Shown here one piece after another: positions 8,272-16,317 of a DNA stretch of 22,617 bases. Both the position numbers and the translations under genes were made by a program. Below the pieces are notes generated by a model. It was given only the letters and a program-made list of their open reading frames with translations, was not told where the DNA came from and did not search any database. The stretch is from a bacterium (GTDB taxonomy: Bacteria; Cyanobacteriota; Vampirovibrionia; Gastranaerophilales; JBAXKC01), in NCBI GenBank assembly GCA_037137535.1, contig JBAXKC010000040.1, forward strand, positions 1-22,617. The letters run 5' to 3'. The first letter of the stretch is position 1; each line of letters opens with the position of its first letter.

Positions 8272-9981
8272 CTAAACAAATACTTTATTTCTTTTCTTGG
8301 ATAAGATGTCATTCCAATAGTTTATCTCTTTACTTTGTGGATAATTTTCACCAAAATTACTTATAAATATAGTATTGGCTTGTTTTAAATTAGCCTCGGC
8401 TTCATCAAGTTTTCCACGTTTAATCTCTACCATTGCAAGGATTTTGGCAGCAGTTGCAATTGCAGGATGATTCGCAGGTAACAATTTTTCATAAATATCT
8501 TTTGAATGTTGTGCAAATATTTCTGCTTGTTCATCTTTTCCTTGTTGTAAATAAATCAAAGCCATATTTCCAATTACTACTGCATAATTTGTAGTGTCTA
8601 TTCCCACAGTTTTTTGAGTTATTTCAATTGAGCGGTTATATGTACTTTCAGCTTTATCATATTGACCTATTCGTCTATACAGTTCACCCAAATTATTTAA
8701 ATATCTAGGCATATTAAATTGATCATTACTACTCTCAGCTATTTTTATCGCACGTTCAAGTAATGGTAATGCCTCATTAAATCTTTGCTGAGAATAATAA
8801 ATCAAAGCTAAACCATTTAAAGAGGCAGATAAGATAGAATTATTTTCTCCTAATTTATCTTCAATAAGATTTATGGACATTGAAAAAGTCTGCTCAGCTT
8901 TTTTAAGTTGATTTGAAGTTCTATACAATTCTCCAAGATCAGTAAGGCTTGTTAAATATTGTTTATAAGGAATCGGTGAAAGACCTTCTTCTATTGCAAT
9001 AGCTTTATTAAATAATTGCTCTCCCTTTTCATAGCTAGCTGTTTCTGTAAATATAACGCCAGTATTATTAATAATTGTAAGATATTCTTCGCTTTGCCTT
9101 CCAAACACTTTTTCAGCAGCAGGAATTAAATCATCATAGATGTTGCACGCTGCTTCAAATCTTGAAGTTTGATAATATACTAGTCCTAAATTCTGCAAAG
9201 ATATAAGGTAATTTTTATCCAGAATATTATTGGCTTTGAATTCTTCTATTGCCTTTAAATAAAAGTTTTCAGCTTCTTTATAATTGTTTATTTTACTGCA
9301 ATTGATACCTTGTTGCAAATAATTATGAGCTTTTTCTGTCTTTTTGATTTGATCTATCCCTTTTGCAAGTAAATCATAACTTTTTTGAATTTCTACAGTC
9401 TTAGAGTTTGAAGTTCCAAGTCTTTTTTTGCATATTGTTAAAGTTCTTTGTAAATAGCCCTCAGCTTCAATATAATTCTTTTTAGAAATAGCTATATCAT
9501 ACAAATACGCTGTAGCATCAGCTAAATTTAGCTCCTGAGTTGACGGGTATTTTTCATAAACTTTTAATACCTGTCTTAAACAGGCTTCAGCCTCAACGTA
9601 TTTTTGTTGCTGAAGATAGGTCTTAGCCAATCCCCTTTGTAAATCAGCTTTTGCCAAATCAAGTTTTGGAAGTTTAGCACCAATTTCTAATAGTTTAATT
9701 GCTTGTTTAAAATAAATTTCTGCATCAGAGTATTTTTTTTGCTTAAATGAAACATCTGCCAGAAAAGTCAAAGAAAAAACTTCTCCTTTTATATCTTTTG
9801 TTTTTCTGGATTCAACTAATCCTTGATTAAATAGACTTTCTGCTTTTATATAATTCTTGCTATTATCAGCTTTTAAGCCATTCTGTGCATAATATTGCCA
9901 ATTATTGGCTAAAGACATAGAACAAAAACTGCAAGCAGTTACAGTCATTATTATTAAAATAAAATTTTTTCTTCTAAACAT
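8272..9981 (-). CDS. TPR-repeat protein, probable lipoprotein (lipobox VTAC)
   Basis: Multiple tetratricopeptide-like ~34-aa repeats (e.g. A..YL..G..Y.KA...F). N-terminal signal peptide with a Cys lipobox. RBS aaggg. Confidence 0.85.
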   Translation of the reverse strand: MFRRKNFILIIMTVTACSFCSMSLANNWQYYAQNGLKADNSKNYIKAESLFNQGLVESRKTKDIKGEVFSLTFLADVSFKQKKYSDAEIYFKQAIKLLEIGAKLPKLDLAKADLQRGLAKTYLQQQKYVEAEACLRQVLKVYEKYPSTQELNLADATAYLYDIAISKKNYIEAEGYLQRTLTICKKRLGTSNSKTVEIQKSYDLLAKGIDQIKKTEKAHNYLQQGINCSKINNYKEAENFYLKAIEEFKANNILDKNYLISLQNLGLVYYQTSRFEAACNIYDDLIPAAEKVFGRQSEEYLTIINNTGVIFTETASYEKGEQLFNKAIAIEEGLSPIPYKQYLTSLTDLGELYRTSNQLKKAEQTFSMSINLIEDKLGENNSILSASLNGLALIYYSQQRFNEALPLLERAIKIAESSNDQFNMPRYLNNLGELYRRIGQYDKAESTYNRSIEITQKTVGIDTTNYAVVIGNMALIYLQQGKDEQAEIFAQHSKDIYEKLLPANHPAIATAAKILAMVEIKRGKLDEAEANLKQANTIFISNFGENYPQSKEINYWNDILSKKRNKVFV

Positions 9982-10281
9982 AAAAATAGCCCTTAAACTT
10001 TTAATCTAAATTACATCTTTATATTAATTTTATAACAAATAATTTATAATAAACAATTATACATTATTTGTAGTAAATACAAGAATACCGATATGGAAAA
10101 ATTTAACTGTTATAAGTATTATCGTAGGTGTTATAGGCATTATAGCTACAGTTGGGTCAATTATAATTCCACCTTTACTTAATCATGGTATTAGTCAAAC
10201 ACCTATTAAAGAAATAATTAAAAAATAACGTCCGATAATTTGACCAAATATCACACCCAATAAATATTAAGCAAAAATCTA

Positions 10282-12768
10282 TCACTTCTTAAGCGTATGT
10301 AAAAACTTTTCCATTTCCGTTTGTTGATCGGTCGAAATCTCATTTTTATCGATAAAATTCATAGGGTCGTTAAGCTCGTTTATAGCTTCCATTACACCGA
10401 TTTTGCCCGATACTTTCTGGATTGAGGTAAAAAACGATTCAACTGCATAGTTAAAACCGTAGCTGATAAGCGAAAACGGAACCATGACAAGGGAAGAAAT
10501 CCCCATTAATCCGCCAATGACTGTTGCGGTTAAGCCAATAGGGTATCTTAAGTTTTCATTGTCAGGATTATAAATATGCTTTGGAATGGCCCTTATATCG
10601 TCATTCAAGGATTTTAGATATTTTTTAACAAGACTGTTTTTCGTGATAGTTTGATAGAACGGATTATCTTGAACCTTTTTAAGAACCTCTCCGCCTTTTA
10701 TAAAGTTGTAAAAGTTGTTAGTAGAAGCATTTTTCGTAATATGGGCGTCAATATCTTTTGTTAATGAGCCTAATGCCGTTTCAACCTCAGGCAGGGAGAA
10801 TTTTGTTTCTTTAAAATTTTTCATAAAAGCAATTAAGTCGATTAAGCTCGAAATGCTTTTATTATCTGACCTTATGATGTTATAAAGAGCTCTTTTCGCC
10901 TTATGCTCGCTTGAAATAGGTGTTAACATCTTGATAAACATTTCAGTAAAGGCTTTTGCGTTTTCATTATTCTTTAATAAATCTTTCAGTTCTTTTTTAT
11001 AAGCCTCTTTGCAGGTTTTATGGAAAGCTAAAGCTCCCTCTACGCAAGCTTTAAGCTCCTCACTGTTAAACTTTTCGGGATTTTTCCTATATGCAGCAAT
11101 AATCTTGTCTATTTCGGGGAAGGACTTTGAAATACCACCTATAACAGTATTTTTAGGAGTTTCCGACATTCCGCCTATTAATTCTAAAAAGGCAGGAAGA
11201 TTTTTGGAGATTTTTTCATAAGAATTCAGCAAGTTAATTTTAATATTTTCATCATTTTTAAATAAATTTTTTGCAATAAAGCCCGTAAATTTTTCTTTAG
11301 TAAGCAGTTTTGTTTTGATTAATACAACTCCGACTCCAGCAGTCAAGGCAGTAGTTACAAGCGGTAAAAACTTCTTTAATCCTCTGACAAATTCGGTAGC
11401 AAACTCCATATCTTCTGAATACTCTTGAGAGCGGTCGTCAACCTTTTCAAAAGATTTGAATAGCTTATGTTGAAGCCCTTTTGCACTTTCAAGCTGTCCA
11501 GTTTTAATCTTAGACTTTTTCAGCTCTTCCATAAGTGCCTTTTCAGCAGGCAAAATGTTCTTTTTATAGTCGTTATATGCCTTAAAGTCTTTCCTTGAAG
11601 TAAATAAGAACTTCATATCATCAACAAAATCAGCAAAGAAAGACTTATTTTTTTCCTTTTTAGCTTTTATATTCGGTGCTGCTTCAAGTTCTTTATCCGT
11701 AAGAGAAATAAAATTTTTCGGGTCTGATAATAATTCCTGTTTAACCTTATAACGACCGACTTGAGCGGATTTAATCTTTATATTTTGAGCAATCATAATT
11801 TCTGTAAGAAATCCGCCTGCAAAAAACGCACCACCTACAAGAGGAGCAAGAATTTTATTCGCATCACCAGGTAATTTAACCAGTTTAGATATTCCCATAC
11901 CAGCTAAAGCCCCTAATCCTGCAAACAGTCCGTCTGCAATAAAGCCCATTCCCAAAAATGCACTTGTAGCAGACTCAATATTCTCTGAAAAATCCTCTGC
12001 TTCATTATTAATACGCTTTATAACCCTTAAAATAGTTTCTTTTTCACGCTCTGCCTTGATAAGCTGTTCGGGTGTAACTTTTATTGATTTTATAGCAGAC
12101 ATATCTTTTTCATCTTCGACGGAACGCTTTTCTATAAACTCTTTAAACGTTTTTTTATCTTTCAGTAATTTTGAAAAATACCCAAAAGCCTCAACAGGAT
12201 TCTGAAAAACGCTGTCTTTCTCGGCTATAAGCTTAACACCACTAGCCTCTAAACGTTTTTTTGCTTCTGCAAGCTGTTCATCATCATATAAAATAAAATT
12301 TTTAGGATCGCTTAACTCGTTTTGCCTTGCACTTTCTCTAGCCATCTTTGAAGCAAATACCTGTTGCGAAGTAGCCCAAGCGTTTGCAACCATCATTATT
12401 GGCGTTGTCATTACGCTTAAAAGTATTCCCTGACCCGCACTATTTGCCTTAGAAGCAACACCACCCTTAAAACCTTTTAACATAAGAACCGCTAACGGCA
12501 ATGTAAACGCCTGCATACCAATTGAAACCAGTGTTCCTGTTGCGGTTTCTGTTTTGGTAGCTGATTCTTCAGATTTTCCGTCCATGATATTTATTGCATT
12601 TATAATAGTTTTTCCGAATTTATCCGCATTAGTCAAGTCTCCTTGTGAAATAGGACGATTATTCACGAGATAAGCCCTTTTAGCATCCTTATCCCGCTGT
12701 TCTTCTTCCCATTTATTATATTTAGGGGCATCTTTTGCAACCGTACGAAGTGTATTAATTATTTGCAT
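10282..12768 (-). CDS. Large (828 aa) membrane protein with three bilobed hydrophobic hairpins and a repeated ELxDPxNFI motif; Inc-like/vacuolar-membrane effector-like architecture
   Basis: Paired hydrophobic segments (LVSIGMQAFTLPLAVLML + GILLSVMTTPIMMVANAWA; AFLGMGFIADGLFAGLGALAGMGI + LAPLVGGAFFAGGFLTEIMIA; LTATVIGGLMGISSLVMVPFSLISYGF). Each is followed by ELSDPKNFI / ELLSDPKNFI / ELNDPMNFI. Long charged coiled-coil-like linkers. RBS taggga. Confidence 0.75.
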   Translation of the reverse strand: MQIINTLRTVAKDAPKYNKWEEEQRDKDAKRAYLVNNRPISQGDLTNADKFGKTIINAINIMDGKSEESATKTETATGTLVSIGMQAFTLPLAVLMLKGFKGGVASKANSAGQGILLSVMTTPIMMVANAWATSQQVFASKMARESARQNELSDPKNFILYDDEQLAEAKKRLEASGVKLIAEKDSVFQNPVEAFGYFSKLLKDKKTFKEFIEKRSVEDEKDMSAIKSIKVTPEQLIKAEREKETILRVIKRINNEAEDFSENIESATSAFLGMGFIADGLFAGLGALAGMGISKLVKLPGDANKILAPLVGGAFFAGGFLTEIMIAQNIKIKSAQVGRYKVKQELLSDPKNFISLTDKELEAAPNIKAKKEKNKSFFADFVDDMKFLFTSRKDFKAYNDYKKNILPAEKALMEELKKSKIKTGQLESAKGLQHKLFKSFEKVDDRSQEYSEDMEFATEFVRGLKKFLPLVTTALTAGVGVVLIKTKLLTKEKFTGFIAKNLFKNDENIKINLLNSYEKISKNLPAFLELIGGMSETPKNTVIGGISKSFPEIDKIIAAYRKNPEKFNSEELKACVEGALAFHKTCKEAYKKELKDLLKNNENAKAFTEMFIKMLTPISSEHKAKRALYNIIRSDNKSISSLIDLIAFMKNFKETKFSLPEVETALGSLTKDIDAHITKNASTNNFYNFIKGGEVLKKVQDNPFYQTITKNSLVKKYLKSLNDDIRAIPKHIYNPDNENLRYPIGLTATVIGGLMGISSLVMVPFSLISYGFNYAVESFFTSIQKVSGKIGVMEAINELNDPMNFIDKNEISTDQQTEMEKFLHTLKK

Positions 12769-12915
12769 ATTTGTTCCCTAAAAAATATCATTTATTGGTT
12801 TTTCAACATGTATATAAACATAATAATATAAACTTAATTGTCAAAAATTAAGGACATGTTACAAAATATTTTCAATTAGCTCGTAATTGCGAGTAAAGCT
12901 AAGCAATCTAAAAAT

Positions 12916-13135
12916 CATAGGGTTTTCACCTATAAATTCTCTTTGTTCCTATAACATCTCAATGCCTAAAGCCCTCGACTTCCTTTTTATTTTTCAAAAA
13001 ATAAAAGGGAAGCAAAAACAAAAACTTTGCGAGTTCTTGACCACTACCGGCTTATTTTCTTACCCTTTGAGTTGTTTTACACAAAACTATTTTGAGAAAA
13101 GCTGCAAACCGCTCGTTTGTGACGGTTCTTGGTTC
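12916..13135 (+). repeat. Copy D, full-length member of the structured repeat family
   Basis: Aligns to 7893-8121. Palindrome cctttttatttttcaaaaaataaaagg at ~12982-13008. The 3' module carries gcttattttcttac ... agaaaagctgc. It lies in the divergent region between 10282..12768 and kup. The 101-aa track ORF 12887..13192 lies across it and is judged spurious. Confidence 0.8.
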
Positions 13136-13286
13136 AAGATTTTGCAAAAATCGGATTTTATACAGAATAACACAAAACAAACAAAAGCATAAACTCTTCA
13201 ATCCCTGTTATTTCATTACATTTTTCAAATTAATATTTCTTAAATATTGCCCTAAAACTTTGCTTTTATAAATCTTTAATCATAAT

Positions 13287-13342
13287 ATGAGCATGAGAGC
13301 TGAAAGCTCTCACTATGTTTGGGATAAAGTGAGAAAATAGCA
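13287..13342 (+). promoter_or_regulatory. kup leader: 17-codon uORF (MSMRAESSHYVWDKVRK) ending 2 nt before the kup ATG, with two mutually exclusive hairpins
   Basis: gagagct-gaa-agctctc (perfect 7-bp stem) overlaps tctcact-(13 nt)-agtgaga. The second stem covers the probable kup SD (agtgaga). The uORF stop TAG is followed by ca then the ATG. Confidence 0.3.
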
Positions 13343-15154
13343 ATGTATAACAAAGAGGACATTGGAAATATCGTAAAGTCTATGGGACTCGTTTTCGGCG
13401 ACATCGGAACCAGCCCTATATATACCTTTACAGTAATATTTCTTTTAATTCACCCTAATCTTCAAAACGTCATGGGAATCTTATCATTGATTTTCTGGAC
13501 GTTCATGATTCTTGTAACACTTGAATATGCTGTGTTAGCAATGAGTTTAAGCAAAAAAGGCGAAGGCGGAACGGTTGTTCTAAGAGAAATCCTTGTGCCA
13601 CTCCTTAAAGACAGGAAATCAATCCTGTTTATTACAATTCTATCATATGTAGGCGTTTCCTTACTTATGGGCGATGGAGTAATAACCCCTGCCATCAGCA
13701 TTTTGAGTGCGGTGGAAGGTATGCGTTTAATCCCCGGCTGGGCAACAGTTCCTCAGACTTGGCTAATCGCAACAGCGGCAATAATTGCAATCGGGCTTTT
13801 TTCAATACAAAGAAAAGGAACGGAAAAAGTCGCAAACGCTTTTGGTCCGCTAATGGTGATATGGTTTACCACGTTATCAGTGTCAGGGCTTTATTATATA
13901 GCTAAAGCACCTTACATTTTAAAGGCTATAAACCCTTATTACGCAATTCAATTCTTTATGCACAACGGACTGGAAGGTTTTATAATCCTTTCAGCTGTAA
14001 TTCTTTGTGCGACAGGAGGAGAAGCCTTATATGCAGATATGGGACATCTTGGAAGAGTACCAGTTTCAAGAGCATGGTATATCGTGTTTTTTGCCCTTGT
14101 TTTAAATTATTTCGGGCAAGGTGCTTTCCTAATGATAAATCCACACGCTAAAAACATTCTTTTTGAAATGTTATTCAGCGAATCTAAGTTTTTATACGTT
14201 CCTTTCCTTGTTTTAAGTATCATTGCAACTGTTATTGCATCTCAAGCTATGATAAGCGGTATGTTTTCAGTTGTTTATCAAGGTATAACCACAAGAATAA
14301 TGCCACTCTTCAAAGTTGACTACACCTCTCCCGAGCTGAGAGCACAAATTTACATTGGTTTTGTCAATTGGTTCTTATTAGCTTTCGTGTTGATTGTAAT
14401 GTTCATCTTTAAAGAATCCAACAACCTTGCAGCGGCTTATGGGCTTGCTGTCACAGGAACAATGACAATTACGGGAATTATGATGATCTGGATTTTCAAA
14501 ATCAAAAAACAACCTATCAAAGCCTTTTTATCAGTAATTGTTTTAATAGCTGATTTAGCTTTTTTAATTGCAAATATGCATAAAATCCCTAGTGGTGGCT
14601 ATTGGTCAATTATTATCGCCGCTATTCCAATGGCGATAATATTAATTTACACCAACGGCCAGAGAATGCTTTATAGAGCGTTAAAACCGATTGGTCAGGA
14701 GAATTTCTTAAACCAATATGAAGCAAAATACAAAGAGGCTTACAGAATAAGAGAAACAGCTCTTTTCTTAATTAAAGACCCTCGCCAGATACCGCCTTAT
14801 GTCGTTAGTACAATGTTTGGTAACGGTATTATTTATGAAGACAATATTTTTGTCTCTGTAAACATTACTGATCACCCATACGGCACTTCCTACGAGTTTA
14901 AAGACAACCTAGGCACAGGTTTAAGGTATTTTGTAATAAATATCGGATATATGGAAGTTATTGACGTTGAGAAAATCCTCAAAGAAGCGCAGATTAACGA
15001 AAAAGTTATCTTCTACGGACTGGAAGAGATTATTACAGACAATATAATCTGGAAAATCTTCTCCTTCATTAAGAAAAATACCCCTGCCTTCGTTCAATTC
15101 TACGCACTGCCGTCAAATAAACTTCATGGCGTTATTACAAGAGTTGAAATATAA
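13343..15154 (+). CDS. kup: KUP/HAK/KT family potassium uptake protein
   Basis: N-terminal GDIGTSPIYTF signature. ~12 TM segments followed by a cytoplasmic C-terminal domain. 603 aa, typical for the family. Confidence 0.9.
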   Translation: MYNKEDIGNIVKSMGLVFGDIGTSPIYTFTVIFLLIHPNLQNVMGILSLIFWTFMILVTLEYAVLAMSLSKKGEGGTVVLREILVPLLKDRKSILFITILSYVGVSLLMGDGVITPAISILSAVEGMRLIPGWATVPQTWLIATAAIIAIGLFSIQRKGTEKVANAFGPLMVIWFTTLSVSGLYYIAKAPYILKAINPYYAIQFFMHNGLEGFIILSAVILCATGGEALYADMGHLGRVPVSRAWYIVFFALVLNYFGQGAFLMINPHAKNILFEMLFSESKFLYVPFLVLSIIATVIASQAMISGMFSVVYQGITTRIMPLFKVDYTSPELRAQIYIGFVNWFLLAFVLIVMFIFKESNNLAAAYGLAVTGTMTITGIMMIWIFKIKKQPIKAFLSVIVLIADLAFLIANMHKIPSGGYWSIIIAAIPMAIILIYTNGQRMLYRALKPIGQENFLNQYEAKYKEAYRIRETALFLIKDPRQIPPYVVSTMFGNGIIYEDNIFVSVNITDHPYGTSYEFKDNLGTGLRYFVINIGYMEVIDVEKILKEAQINEKVIFYGLEEIITDNIIWKIFSFIKKNTPAFVQFYALPSNKLHGVITRVEI

Positions 15155-15175
15155 TCAGATAATTTTTCATTAAAA

Positions 15176-15204
15176 AAGGCTTTCTCTTAAAGAAAGCCTT
15201 TTTT
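15176..15204. terminator. Bidirectional Rho-independent terminator shared by convergent kup and 15203..15868
   Basis: aaggctttct-cttaa-agaaagcc stem, flanked by an A-run upstream and a T-run downstream. Confidence 0.65.
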
Positions 15205-15868
15205 AATTGATATGTTCTGCTAAAACTGGTAAAACATCAAGTAAACCCTCAAGAATCTCTGAAGCGTTATCTATAAAAAAGTTACTTTTATGTTTTTCAA
15301 TATTAACAAGAGGCTTATTAACATCAGTTTTTCTATCTGCAAAACATTCTAAAAACTCTTCATCTGATGAAGGAGTTAATTTTATATTTAATCGCTCAAA
15401 CTCTTCTTTAGACAACTTACCGTCTTTATATTCTTTCTCTAAAAGCTTTATCAAGCCTTTTTTCTCGGCAACTTTAAGATTAGTCGGAATCATAGCTTCC
15501 ACTTTTGACGCAACATTTGTTATAGGCTCATTTTTTTGAATTTTTAGTAATTCTTTTATGCGTGATTCTGATAACTCGGGCAAAACCTTTTCAGCGTTAT
15601 TCCCCGAACGCTGAAACAACTTTGCAAAAAATATCCTTGATTTATTAAAGCAAAGTACCAAGGCACACCCTACTGCAAACAATCCCGCTTTTTGCACAAA
15701 CGTACTTTTTTTCCTTGTATGATGATGTTTTACTCTTTTAAATTCATCTTTTTCAGACTGAGTCTTATCATAATTAACAGTAGGCTTATTAACCTTATTA
15801 TCAATAGTTTTTATCTGTTTCTTTACTTCAGGTAATTTAAAATTAGAAAGATTTGTATTCTGAACCAT
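15203..15868 (-). CDS. Hypothetical protein with a single TM segment (AGLFAVGCALVLCF) and Lys/Glu-rich regions
   Basis: ORF with RBS aaagga. Ends in the bidirectional terminator. No recognisable domain. Confidence 0.6.
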   Translation of the reverse strand: MVQNTNLSNFKLPEVKKQIKTIDNKVNKPTVNYDKTQSEKDEFKRVKHHHTRKKSTFVQKAGLFAVGCALVLCFNKSRIFFAKLFQRSGNNAEKVLPELSESRIKELLKIQKNEPITNVASKVEAMIPTNLKVAEKKGLIKLLEKEYKDGKLSKEEFERLNIKLTPSSDEEFLECFADRKTDVNKPLVNIEKHKSNFFIDNASEILEGLLDVLPVLAEHIN

Positions 15869-16010
15869 TTAAAATTCCTTTGAGAAAAGTTCAACACCCA
15901 AAATATTAAAACAATACGTTTAATAAAATTGTCAAATTATTACAAAAATATAACTATTTAGTCTCTAAACTCTATTTTAATAAATAATTACTAAAAAGCA
16001 AAGATATAAC

Positions 16011-16136
16011 CATGAGGTTGTCACCTATAATTTCTCTTCGTTGCTGTACTATGTCGATGTCTAAAGCCATCGACATCCTTTTTGTTTTTTAAAAAACAAA
16101 AAGGATGCAAAAACAAAAACTTCTGGGTGATGGGGA
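16011..16136 (+). repeat. Copy E of the structured repeat family (5' module only)
   Basis: catgaggttgtcacctataatttctcttcgtt..., hairpin tcgatgtctaaagccatcga, and a perfect palindrome cctttttgttttttaaaaaacaaaaagg with compensatory a-to-g and t-to-c changes relative to other copies. Ends after gcaaaaacaaaaac. Confidence 0.8.
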
Positions 16137-16317
16137 TTTAGTTGCGGTTTTTTAATTGTTTAAATATCAACTATAATAAGGCTCGCCGGTTCTACTTTTA
16201 ATTAAAATATTATATGAAGATTAATATAATATAAAACATAAAAATTCAAGCAACAAATATTTTTGCCGCTTAATTTTCTGTTTTTTACTTTTTTCTTAGC
16301 GATAAAAGCTCTATCCG

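Noticed and set aside
10094-10183. ATG-initiated 29-codon ORF (MEKFNCYKYYRRCYRHYSYSWVNYNSTFT)
   Set aside because: Implausible composition (Tyr/Cys/Arg-rich, no SD). The adjacent +2 frame encodes a far more protein-like hydrophobic helix, so the ATG frame is likely fortuitous.
12840-12915. Nested dyad ttagct-cgtaattgcg-agtaa-agctaa upstream of the 828-aa gene as a specific operator
   Set aside because: Short (6-bp arms), and a single occurrence in AT-rich DNA where such dyads arise by chance. Kept out of the findings for lack of support.
13115-13145. tRNA-like T-arm resemblance (ggttcttggttcaagat)
   Set aside because: No acceptor stem or anticodon arm can be folded around it. It is simply the 3' end of repeat copy D.
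12887-13192. 101-aa ORF on the + strand from the six-frame track
   Set aside because: It lies almost entirely within repeat copy D (12916-13135). Its reading frame is not preserved in the other repeat copies, and there is no SD. Judged a chance ORF across a non-coding repeat.
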